Assembly: GCA_963711835.1 (NCBI GenBank)
Contig: CAVQFQ010000021.1
Span: 32,001-96,000, forward strand
DNA: 64,000 nt
Direction: 5' to 3'
Source of the DNA: an uncultured delta proteobacterium
GTDB lineage: Bacteria > Desulfobacterota > RBG-13-43-22
Notes under the pieces: model-generated
Seen by the model: only the letters and a program-made list of their open reading frames with translations
Told to the model about the DNA's origin: nothing
Databases searched by the model: none
Translations under genes and position numbers: made by a program
In this document: positions 28,789 through 37,806 of the stretch, in pieces
Layout: the number at the start of each line of letters is the position of its first letter
Position numbering within the stretch: the first letter of the stretch is position 1

Positions 28789-29475
28789 ATGACTTTTACA
28801 GGCTTTGTCGAAGGCCCCCTGGTCTGGATTGCCTTTCTCACCTTTTTTATCGGGAGCGCCCTGCGACTCCTTTTTTTCTTCACCCTCAGTACCAAAAAAG
28901 ATAAGCCCGTCTATCATTATTACAAATCAAAATGGATGTTCCTTTCCATCTTACGCTGGCTTTTCCCGGTTAATCCGGATCTCAAAAAAAATCCCGTCTT
29001 TTCCATCCTCGGTTATATCTTTCATATCTGTCTTTTAGGCGTGCCCATTTTTTACGGAGCCCACATCTATGAATGGGAGCAAAGCCGTTTTGGCTGGAAA
29101 TGGTGGACCATGCCCGACAAATGGGCCGACTGGATGAGTCTTGTCCTCCTGGCCATCGCCATCTTTTTTATCATTCGCCGCATTGTCCTGGCCGAGGTCC
29201 GGATCATTACCCAGGTTTCCGACTATTTACTGATCCTCATCTGCGCCCTGCCCTTCCTGACCGGGTATGTTAATGCCCACCCGGACGGGACCATCTATAA
29301 CTGGCTTACCGCCCTCATACCCATTTACAGCACCTACCCCAGGGAACTCCATATCCTGACCGGTGCCTTGATGATGATCGTGGTGCCCTTTAGCAAGCTT
29401 TCCCACTGGGTCCTGTTTTTTACGTCCCGTATGGTTACCGGGGTCGAATTCGGCCGACGCAACTATACCGTATAA
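28789..29475 (+). CDS. NarI/DsrM/TmcC-like membrane cytochrome b
   Basis: GYIFHIC..GAH, LPFLTGY, ELHILTG, PFSKLSH heme-ligand histidines; TTGACA promoter at 28689. Confidence 0.88.
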   Translation: MTFTGFVEGPLVWIAFLTFFIGSALRLLFFFTLSTKKDKPVYHYYKSKWMFLSILRWLFPVNPDLKKNPVFSILGYIFHICLLGVPIFYGAHIYEWEQSRFGWKWWTMPDKWADWMSLVLLAIAIFFIIRRIVLAEVRIITQVSDYLLILICALPFLTGYVNAHPDGTIYNWLTALIPIYSTYPRELHILTGALMMIVVPFSKLSHWVLFFTSRMVTGVEFGRRNYTV

Positions 29476-29508
29476 TTTTTCTCATTCATAAAAGGGAGGA
29501 AAAGAATT

Positions 29509-30855
29509 ATGGCCGAACCGCAAGCCAAACCTCAACGCCCGGAAATTCAAATCAATCCTGAAGCCATAAGACAGGCTGTCGATGCCCGGCTGAATGCCCG
29601 GCTTAAGATGTGGATGCGTATCTGCGCCCATTGCGGGCTTTGTGCCGACACCTGTCATTTTTATACGGCCAAAAACAAAGATCCCCGGATGGTGCCATCC
29701 TTCAAGGCCCAAAAATTGAAAAAACTGGTCAAGAAGAAGGGAAACGTCGATCAGGCCTTTATGGACGAACTTTATGATACCGCCTATGGGGAATGCACCC
29801 TCTGCCGCCGCTGTACCCTCTATTGTCCTTTTGGGATCGATATGGCCATGATGGTGGCCACCCTGAGAGGAATCCTGACCTCCCAGGGAATGACGCCGGA
29901 AGGCTTAAAAGCCGCCATCCAAAATTATCTGGAAACGGGCAACCAGATGGCGGTCAGCGAAGAGGACTGGGTGGAAACCCTGAAGTGGATGGAAGAGGAA
30001 CTGCAGGAAGAACTGCCCGGGGCCACCATCCCGATTGATAAAAAGGGCGCCAAGATCATGTACACCGTCAACGCCCGGGAACCCAAATATTATCCCCAGG
30101 ATATCCAGATGGCGGCCAAGATCTTTCATGTGGTCGGGGAGGACTGGACTTTTCCCAGCAAACCGGGTTGGGATGATACCAACCTGGCCATGTTTGCCGG
30201 GGATATCAAAACGGCCGGGTATATCGTCAGCTTAATTAAAGAACAGGCGGAGGCCCTGCAGGTCAAACGTGTCGTCATAACCGAGTGAGGCCACGCGCTC
30301 AGGGCCGTTCAGTTTGAAGGGCCGATCTGGTTAAAAGGCGATTATAAATTCGAGGTGGTTCACAGTGTAAAACTCTTTGCCGAATATATCCGGGAGGGCC
30401 GGCTGAAGTTTACCCGGAAGATGACCGAGCCGATTACTTATCAGGACCCCTGTAACGTATCGCGCAGCGGGGGACTGGCCGACGAAGCCCGGTTTATCAT
30501 CAGCCACATTGCCGAAGACTTCCGGGAAATGACCCCCCACGGGAATGACAACTACTGCTGTTCCGGCGGCGGCGGAGCCATCCCCATGGGCCCCCCTTTC
30601 AAACGGCGCCGTATGGAAGCCGGAAAGGTTAAGGCCGATCAGATCAAGGTCACCGGAGCCAAGATCGTCATCTGCCCCTGTCACAACTGCTACGACCAGG
30701 TCCGGGACCTGGGCAAGGAATACGATCTGGGGATCAAGGTCATGTCCTTCAAAGAGATCTTCGAAGAGATTATGTACATCCCTGAGGAGCTGAAGGCCAA
30801 GGAGGAAGAGGAAGAAGAAGCCGAGGGAGGAAAAGAAGGGGGCGGGGAAGAATAA
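29509..30855 (+). CDS. DsrK/TmcB/HmcF-like (HdrD-type CCG) Fe-S selenoprotein, Sec at codon 260
   Basis: ORFs 29509..30288 and 30355..30855 are in frame across TGA 30286-30288, giving VITE-U-GHALRA (conserved ECGH motif); CAHCGLCADTC, QDPCN, CCSGGGG, PCHNC. Confidence 0.88.
30303..30323 (+). promoter_or_regulatory. Putative bacterial SECIS hairpin
   Basis: ggcc-g-ttca-gtt-tgaa-g-ggcc stem-loop starting 14 nt after the UGA, with G in the apical loop. Confidence 0.6.
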
Positions 30856-30898
30856 AAACAGTTCAAACCTCAAATTTTATAATTCAAATGGCAAAATG

Positions 30899-30940
30899 AA
30901 CAAAAAAGCCGCTTGAATTAGCCAAGCGGCTTTTTTGTTT
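30899..30940. terminator. Bidirectional rho-independent terminator
   Basis: aacaaaaaagccgcttg-aattagc-caagcggcttttttgtt between convergent genes. Confidence 0.9.
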
Positions 30941-30962
30941 CTTCCAGGGAAAAGCTGATGGC

Positions 30963-31889
30963 TCAGTCCACCTGCGGGCGGGGGAGCAGTCCGGCCATCT
31001 CGGCGATCTCAGGGACCCGTTCTTCCCACTCGATGGCCATAATGTGGACTCCGGCGATGCCCTTCATTTCCTTGAGACGTTGAATGGTCTCAATGCAGAT
31101 GGCGATCCCTTCTTTGGCCTGGCTTTTCTTGTCAACGCCCTGAAGCCGCTTGATGAGCGCATCGGGAACATCCATGCCGGGGACCAGATTCTTCATATAT
31201 TTGGCCATACCGACCGACTTCATGGGAGTGACCCCGCCTAAGATATAGACCTTTTCATCCAGCCCCATATCGCGGGCCTGCTGCATGAATTTCTCAAACC
31301 GGTCCATGTTGTAAATGCACTGGGTCTGGACGAAATCCACACCGGCGGCCACCTTCTTTCCAAGTCGTACGGCCCGGAACTCCGCCGGGTCGGCAAAGGG
31401 GTTAGCAGCGGCTCCGATAAACATCTTGGGCGGATATTCGATCTCTTGATCGTTGATAAACTTGCCTTCGTCCCTCATTTTCTTGACGGTCTGGATGAGT
31501 TGCATGGAATCTAGGTCGAAAACATTCTTGGCCGAGGGGTGATCACCAAACTTCTGGTGGTCGCCGGAGAGACAAAGCATATTCCGGACCCCTAAGGCAT
31601 AGGCCCCCAGAATATCACTTTGTATGGCGATGCGGTTCCGATCCCGGACCACCATCTGCAGATTGGGTTCCAGGCCTTCCTGTATCAACAGCAGACAACC
31701 GGCAAAGCTGGACATGCGAACCACTGCCGTTTGGTTGTCGGTGACATTCACGGAATCCACTACGCCCTTAAGATGGGCGGCTTTTTTCTTAATGACTTCC
31801 GGGTCCGCACTCCGGGGAGGACCGCATTCACCGGTAACGGCGAACTGACCGCTGCTTAATATTTTTTCTAACCTGCTTCCTGATTTCAT
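30963..31889 (-). CDS. metF: Methylenetetrahydrofolate reductase MetF
   Basis: VTGECGPP, NVTDNQTA, RDRNRIAIQSD, LSGDH, KKVAAGVDFVQTQ, GVHIMA. Confidence 0.95.
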   Translation of the reverse strand: MKSGSRLEKILSSGQFAVTGECGPPRSADPEVIKKKAAHLKGVVDSVNVTDNQTAVVRMSSFAGCLLLIQEGLEPNLQMVVRDRNRIAIQSDILGAYALGVRNMLCLSGDHQKFGDHPSAKNVFDLDSMQLIQTVKKMRDEGKFINDQEIEYPPKMFIGAAANPFADPAEFRAVRLGKKVAAGVDFVQTQCIYNMDRFEKFMQQARDMGLDEKVYILGGVTPMKSVGMAKYMKNLVPGMDVPDALIKRLQGVDKKSQAKEGIAICIETIQRLKEMKGIAGVHIMAIEWEERVPEIAEMAGLLPRPQVD

Positions 31890-32554
31890 AGCCTCAGATC
31901 CTCCCTGATCATTTTTCTGGGTCCGCCGTCGCGGCTGGTAGTCCAATCCTTACAAGGGATGACCCGGTTCAGCTTGTCTAATTGGCCCAGCCCCTGGAGC
32001 CGGTCATAGATCAATTGCCAGACGCAGTCCACATCCTTGCTGATTTCGCACTTCCCGTTGGCCGATCCCCCGCAGGGCCCATTCAGGAGACTCTTGGAGC
32101 AGCGGGCGATAGGACAAAGGCCGCCGAAATTATGAATCCCGCAGGCCCCGCAGGCCTGGCAGAATTCGGCAAAAACGCCATGCTCCAGAGAACCCCCGAT
32201 AAAAGTGGTATTGAGGCCGGGAAAGACCATCTTGTCCATATAGCGGCCGGCGATGTATTGGGGACCGACGCTGCAGGCGATGGAGATAACGGCATCCCGA
32301 TCCTTGAGCGGCCCTTCGAGTTGGTCGATGTATTCGGGGTCGCATTGACGTTCCAGAGTGATCTCCTGGACATCGGCTTCCTGGCCATCCTTTTTTCGGG
32401 CGATCCGAAGCTCGGAAGCCAGTATTTCCACTTCCTTCTTTCCTCCGGCATTGCAGACCGTCACGCAACCCTTGCATCCGGCCACCAGGATTTTTTTATA
32501 CGGTTCCAGCATGGCCAGGATTTCGCTTAGGGGTTTTCTTTCCGCTACTACCAT
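31886..32554 (-). CDS. metV: Methylene-THF reductase small subunit MetV
   Basis: GCKGCVTVC, RQCD, CQACGAC...GLCPIARCSKSLLNGPCGGS..GKCE..DCVW. Confidence 0.92.
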   Translation of the reverse strand: MVVAERKPLSEILAMLEPYKKILVAGCKGCVTVCNAGGKKEVEILASELRIARKKDGQEADVQEITLERQCDPEYIDQLEGPLKDRDAVISIACSVGPQYIAGRYMDKMVFPGLNTTFIGGSLEHGVFAEFCQACGACGIHNFGGLCPIARCSKSLLNGPCGGSANGKCEISKDVDCVWQLIYDRLQGLGQLDKLNRVIPCKDWTTSRDGGPRKMIREDLRL

Positions 32555-32667
32555 CGTTCTTCCTCCATCTTCTGGATACTGGATGCTGGATACTGGATGT
32601 TAAAACTTTTTTGTTTCTTGTTTACCAGTATCAAGTATCCAGCATCGAGTATCGTTATTATCATTTT

Positions 32668-33096
32668 TCAGGCCGCCTTGGCTGCCGGTCTTATGGGGCT
32701 GGGCCCCAAGGCCCGGATCTTTTCGGTCATTTCCCGGGCGATTTCAGCGAAGCGCGGTCCCTGGGCGGCCGAAAGGTTGTACATGGCCACCCGGTCCTCT
32801 TCGATTCCCAGGTCTTTGAGTATCTTTTTTACGGCCTCCACGCGTTTGCGGGCCTTGATATTTCCGTTAAGATAGTGGCAGTCGCCTTCCAGACAACCGG
32901 CCACATAGACCCCGTCGGCCCCGTCTTCAATGGCCTTCAGCAGGTGGATGACATCCACCCGGCCGGTGCAGGGCATCATAATCACCCGGACATTGGTCGG
33001 GTATTGCAGTCGCATGGAACCTGCCAGGTCCGCAGCGCTGTAGGCTCAGTACTGGCAGCAAAAGGCGACGATTTTGGGTTCGAATTGTTCTGTCAT
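32668..33096 (-). CDS. mvhD: MvhD/FlpD [2Fe-2S] subunit, selenoprotein (Sec17)
   Basis: MTEQFEPKIVAFCCQY-TGA(33046-33048)-AYSAADLAGSMRLQYP...PCTGRV...AGCLEGDCHY, in frame; RBS taaggag. Confidence 0.92.
33016..33031 (-). promoter_or_regulatory. Putative bacterial SECIS hairpin
   Basis: ggacct-ggc-aggt(t)cc stem with bulged U and G-led loop, starting 14 nt after the UGA. Confidence 0.65.
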
Positions 33097-33188
33097 TAAT
33101 AACTCCTTAATAAAAAGGGTTCGAGGATTCAAGGATTCAATCCCGCCAAGGCGGGACTGGAACCCTCGACCCCTTGGCCCCTGTTTTT

Positions 33189-36100
33189 TTAGGCTGCCTC
33201 CATCAGGGCATCCACCTTGGCGATGACCTGCCTGTCGGTGAAATGCTGCAGGGTGATGGCCTTGCCCGGACATTCGGCCACGCAGACCCCGCAGCCCTGG
33301 CACTTGGAGACGTCGATCTCGGCCGCCCCGCTCTCGCCGATCACCGGTACCTTGAAGGGGCAGGCCCGGACGCAGGTCAGGCAAACCGCGCAGAGATCCG
33401 GGTTGACCACGGCCACCACGCCGCCCACCTGGACGGAGTCTTTGGAGAGCAGGGTCAAGGCCCGTCCTGCGGCCGCCTGGGCCTGGGCGATGCTTTCATC
33501 TATCGGTTTGGGATAGTGAGCCAACCCGCAGAGATAGATGCCTTCGGTGGCAAAGTCCACCGGCCGCAACTTCATGTGGGCCTCCAACAAGAACCCCTCG
33601 CTGTTCAAGGACACCTTATAAGCATCCACCAGTTCTTTGACCGGGTTGGGGATGATGGCCGAGGCCAGGGTCAGAAGATCTGCCGAAAGAAGGATGGGTT
33701 CACCCAGCACATGGTCAATGACCTTCACCGTCACCTTATCCCCGGCTACGTGAACTTCGGGCCTGTTCTCCAGGTCAAAGCGGATAAAGAAAACCCCTTT
33801 GTCCCGGGCCTCGCGGTAAAGATCCTCCCGGACCCCAAAGGTCCGGATGTCCCGGTAGATGATATAGATATCGATTTCCGGGTTCAGCTTCTTCAAAGCC
33901 AGAGCGCTCTCCACGCTGTGGGTGCAGCAGACCTTGCTGCAATAGGGGCGCTCCGGTTCTCGAGAACCCACGCATTGTATAAAAACCGCGGTCTGGGCTT
34001 TGCTCACCCGGGGGTCTTGGGCGGTAATAGCCTGATCCAACTCCAGGGCGGTCAGAATCCGTGGATCCTGCCCATAACCGTAGACATCGGGTTTCCATTC
34101 CTGGGCCCCGGTGGCCAGTATGGCCACCCCATGCTCGAATTGCTGGGTTTGACCGCCCTGATTCAGGGTGGTGGTGTAATTCCCTACAAAACCCGAACCA
34201 TGCTCCACCACGGTGTTGTAAAGGACCTGGATCTTCGGATGACTGCTAACCCTGGCGATCAGGTCCCAGACATGGGCCTGGATATCTTCCCCCTTCCAGG
34301 TCTGGCGGAGCTTAAGGGCGTTGCCACCCAGGGTATCGGTTTTTTCGACCAATTTAACCTCATAGCCCTGCTGAGCCAGGTTAAGCGCCCCGGTCATCCC
34401 GGCGACCCCGCCGCCGACCACCAGGGCCGTTTTCTTCAACCCGAAGGAGACCTTGTGCAGGGGCTCCAGCAGGGAAACCCGGGCCACGGCCATCCTCACC
34501 AGATCCTTGGCCTTCCCGGTAGCCGCAACCGGATCACCCTGGTGAACCCAGGTGTCCTGGTCCCGGATATTGGCCATATCAAAAAGGTAGGTATTTAAAC
34601 CAACCTCCCGGATGGTCTGCTGAAAGAGGGGTTCATGGGTCCGGGGCGAACAGGAGGCCACCACCACCCGGTTGATCCCTTTTTCCTGAATGACCTCTTT
34701 CATCTTCTCTTGGGTATCCTGAGAACAGGTGAACAGGTTATCCTCCACATGAACCACATGGGGCAGGGTTTTGGCATACTCCCTGACCGCCGGCACATCG
34801 GCTACCCCGCCGATATTGATACCGCAGTTACAGACAAAGACCCCCACCTTAATGTCTTCTCCAGCGAAGTCTTTTTCAGGGGGGAGGTCCTGGAAGCGGA
34901 TAAGCTGATTGCGGCTCTCGGCAATGCCTTCCGAAGCGGCACAAGCGGCGGCTGAAGCCTCCATCACGGCCTGGGGAATGTCCTTGGGACCGTTAAAGGC
35001 ACCGCAGGTGAAAATGCCCGGCTTTTTAGTGGCTACCGGGGTAAAGCTGCTGACCTGGGCAAATTGGTTTTTATCCAAAGGAATCCCAAGTTTTTCGGCC
35101 AGATCAAGGGCTTCCGGGGAGGTCTCCAATCCTACCGAAAGGACGACCAGATCAAATTCTTCCTGAATCACTTCCCCTTTTTCCGTAACATACTGGATCA
35201 GGAGATTATCGCTTTCGTGGATCGGATCAATGGAATGGATCCGGGACCTGATAAAACGAACCCCCCGCTCTTCCTCGGCCCGGTTATAGTACTTTTCAAA
35301 ATCCTTGCCGTAGGTCCTCATATCCATAAAAAAGATGGCCGTATCCAGGGGATGGGCGCTGTGTTCCTTGGCGATCACCGCCTCTTTGATGGCGTACATA
35401 CAGCAAACCGCCGAACAATAGCCGTGGTCGCAATGGTTGATATCGCGCGATCCGACGCACTGCAGCCAGGCGATCTTTTCCGGCTCCTTATGATCGGAGG
35501 GTCGGATCAGATGCCCCTCGTAAGGACCGGAGGCGGAAAGGATTCGCTCGAATTCCATGCTGGTCACCACATTGGGATGATGGGCATAGCTATAGGCGTC
35601 ATAGAGGGTCGGGTCAAAAGGCTGGAACCCCGGCGCCATAACGATGGATCCCACGTCGATAACCCGTTCCTGGGGACGCATCTCGTGGACCACCGCCTCG
35701 GCCAGACAGGCCTTGACGCACTGATAGCATTCGGAACAAATACCGCATTTCAGACACCGTTCGGCTTCGCTCAAAGACGTTTCTTCGTTGAAGCCCTGGG
35801 CGACTTCCCGGAAGTTTCCTTCCCGGGCGGCCGGGGCAATTTTTTCGATCGCCATCCGGGGCTTTGTCAGGACCCCTTCCGTAGGAGGTTTTTCATAGGA
35901 CCAATCTTCTTCCCGCCCGGCCTTCAGATCGATCCCGTTGAGATACCTTCGGATGCTTTCAGCCGCCTTCTTGCCGCTTTCCACGGCTTCGACCACCGAC
36001 TTGGGTCCGTAAAAAACATCGCCGCCGCAAAATACCCCCGGAATGGAGGTTTCCAGGGAAACGGGATCGCCCTGGAGTCCCCCTCTGGGGGTCACGGATA

Positions 36101-37616
36101 TCCCCTGCCCATCGGCAAAGGCAAGATCGGCCGCCTGGCCAATGGCGACAATAACCGTATCTCCGGTGATAGTGGTCAGGTCGGCTTCATCATAGGTCGG
36201 CCGGAAGGCCCTCTGGGCGTCGAAGACGGCCGTGCAACGTTTGAATTCAATGCCGGAGACGCGGCCGCCCTCCTGGAGGAATTGTTTCGGGCCCAGGCTG
36301 TTGACAATCCGAATCCCCTCTTCCAGGGCCTCTTCAATTTCATAATCCCAGGCCGGCATTTCCTTCCGTTTTTCCAGGCAAATCAGGGTGACTTCCTCCG
36401 CCCCTTTCCGCTTGGCGGTCAGGGCCACATCCACGGCCACGTTACCGCCGCCGATGACCAGGACTTTTTTACCTAAGACAACCGGGTTCCCCAGGGCCGA
36501 GTCCTTGAGATATTCCACCCCTTTGAGCACGCCGGGAAAATCTTCGCCCGGCACATTCAAGCCCCGGCTGACATGGAGGCCGGTAGCCAGGAAGACGGCC
36601 TGGAAGCCGTCGCTCTTCAACGAATCCAGGGTAATATCCTGTCCGAAAGTGACCCCGGTCTTGATCTCCACCCCGAGGGCCTCGATCGTTTGAATCTCCG
36701 CCAGGAGAATGTCCCGGGGCAGGCGATATTCGGGTATGCCGACCGCCATCATGCCGCCGGCGACCGGAAGTTTTTCATAGACCGTTACCGGGTAGCCCTC
36801 CTGGGCCAGGAAATAAGCGGCCCCCAATCCGGCCGGACCGGAACCGACGACGGCGATTTTTTCCGCCTTAGGTTCCTTCATTTTAGGCACATAGCGGTCT
36901 GCCCGGGCCAGGTCCTCATCGGCCAGGAATCGGTGCAGAACCTGGATGGCCAGGGGTTGATCCACATCCCCCCGGGTGCAGATCCCCTCGCAGGGATGGT
37001 GGCAGACCCGGCCGCAAATGCCGGGGAAGGGATGAGCCTCTTTGAAAAGAGCCAGGGCCTCCTGATATTTTTTCTGATTAATAAGGGCGATAAATCCCTG
37101 GACGCTGACATGGGCCGGGCAGGTGGCCTTACAGGGGGCCGTGCCCCGTTTCTCTATGGCATAGGCGCTGGGCATGGCCTGGGGATAAAACTTATAAGCG
37201 GCTCGCCGGCTTCGGAGGCCCATATCGAACAGATTGGACACCTCGATCGGGCAGGCCTTGGCGCATTCCCCACAGGCCGTACACTTGGCCGGATCAATAT
37301 ATCTGGGATGTTCCAGGATCTTGACCTGGAAATTTCCCGGCTGGCCGCTGACGCCCTCGACTTCCGTCAGGGTCAGCAATTCGATATTAAGGTGCCGTCC
37401 GGCTTCCACCAATTTGGGCGAAATAATGCACATGGAGCAGTCGTTGGTGGGGAAGGTCTTGTCTAATTGGGCCATCACCCCACCGATGGCCGACTTCTTT
37501 TCCACCAGGTAGACATAAAAACCGGAATTGGCCAAATCCAAGGCCGTTTGGATTCCGGCAATCCCGGCCCCGACCACCATCACCGATCCTACTTTTTTAT
37601 CTTTGGTTTCTGACAT
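33189..37616 (-). CDS. hdrA: HdrL-type large HdrA (two HdrA halves with inserted GltD-like NAD(P)H-binding domain)
   Basis: GAGIAG, LDKTFPTNDCSMC; PCKATCPAH..GRVCHHPCE..GSGPAG..GIPEYRLP..GGGNVAVD; YCSAVCC, GVFVCNCG, SCSPRTHE, C-terminal 2x[4Fe-4S]. Confidence 0.93.
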   Translation of the reverse strand: MSETKDKKVGSVMVVGAGIAGIQTALDLANSGFYVYLVEKKSAIGGVMAQLDKTFPTNDCSMCIISPKLVEAGRHLNIELLTLTEVEGVSGQPGNFQVKILEHPRYIDPAKCTACGECAKACPIEVSNLFDMGLRSRRAAYKFYPQAMPSAYAIEKRGTAPCKATCPAHVSVQGFIALINQKKYQEALALFKEAHPFPGICGRVCHHPCEGICTRGDVDQPLAIQVLHRFLADEDLARADRYVPKMKEPKAEKIAVVGSGPAGLGAAYFLAQEGYPVTVYEKLPVAGGMMAVGIPEYRLPRDILLAEIQTIEALGVEIKTGVTFGQDITLDSLKSDGFQAVFLATGLHVSRGLNVPGEDFPGVLKGVEYLKDSALGNPVVLGKKVLVIGGGNVAVDVALTAKRKGAEEVTLICLEKRKEMPAWDYEIEEALEEGIRIVNSLGPKQFLQEGGRVSGIEFKRCTAVFDAQRAFRPTYDEADLTTITGDTVIVAIGQAADLAFADGQGISVTPRGGLQGDPVSLETSIPGVFCGGDVFYGPKSVVEAVESGKKAAESIRRYLNGIDLKAGREEDWSYEKPPTEGVLTKPRMAIEKIAPAAREGNFREVAQGFNEETSLSEAERCLKCGICSECYQCVKACLAEAVVHEMRPQERVIDVGSIVMAPGFQPFDPTLYDAYSYAHHPNVVTSMEFERILSASGPYEGHLIRPSDHKEPEKIAWLQCVGSRDINHCDHGYCSAVCCMYAIKEAVIAKEHSAHPLDTAIFFMDMRTYGKDFEKYYNRAEEERGVRFIRSRIHSIDPIHESDNLLIQYVTEKGEVIQEEFDLVVLSVGLETSPEALDLAEKLGIPLDKNQFAQVSSFTPVATKKPGIFTCGAFNGPKDIPQAVMEASAAACAASEGIAESRNQLIRFQDLPPEKDFAGEDIKVGVFVCNCGINIGGVADVPAVREYAKTLPHVVHVEDNLFTCSQDTQEKMKEVIQEKGINRVVVASCSPRTHEPLFQQTIREVGLNTYLFDMANIRDQDTWVHQGDPVAATGKAKDLVRMAVARVSLLEPLHKVSFGLKKTALVVGGGVAGMTGALNLAQQGYEVKLVEKTDTLGGNALKLRQTWKGEDIQAHVWDLIARVSSHPKIQVLYNTVVEHGSGFVGNYTTTLNQGGQTQQFEHGVAILATGAQEWKPDVYGYGQDPRILTALELDQAITAQDPRVSKAQTAVFIQCVGSREPERPYCSKVCCTHSVESALALKKLNPEIDIYIIYRDIRTFGVREDLYREARDKGVFFIRFDLENRPEVHVAGDKVTVKVIDHVLGEPILLSADLLTLASAIIPNPVKELVDAYKVSLNSEGFLLEAHMKLRPVDFATEGIYLCGLAHYPKPIDESIAQAQAAAGRALTLLSKDSVQVGGVVAVVNPDLCAVCLTCVRACPFKVPVIGESGAAEIDVSKCQGCGVCVAECPGKAITLQHFTDRQVIAKVDALMEAA

Positions 37617-37757
37617 ATTGAAAACCCTTGCTAATGATTCAATTGGTATAGGAATTCCATCGGATTGGTCTCATCCCGCCTAATCACCGCTACGGTCGTC
37701 CATCCGGGATGGTAAAAGATCCGCTTCTGGTCGGGAAGGGAGGACAAGGGAGGGTTA

Positions 37758-37802
37758 AAAAAAACGCCAGTGCCCAGGGATCGGGATCCCCGGGCACTGG
37801 GC
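37758..37802 (-). terminator. Rho-independent terminator after fhs
   Basis: ccagtgccc...gggcactgg stem followed by a U-run on the minus strand. Confidence 0.75.
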
Positions 37803-37806
37803 TTAG

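Noticed and set aside
33174-37466. Long plus-strand ORFs (474, 470 and 297 aa), and similar antisense ORFs at 10017, 13267, 43584, 47042, 47817 and 59159
   Set aside because: Antisense shadows of well-supported genes, typical of GC3-rich coding DNA; no motifs or RBS.
33189-37616. Selenocysteine in HdrL
   Set aside because: The ORF is uninterrupted; the NDCSMC position that is Sec in some HdrA proteins is Cys here.
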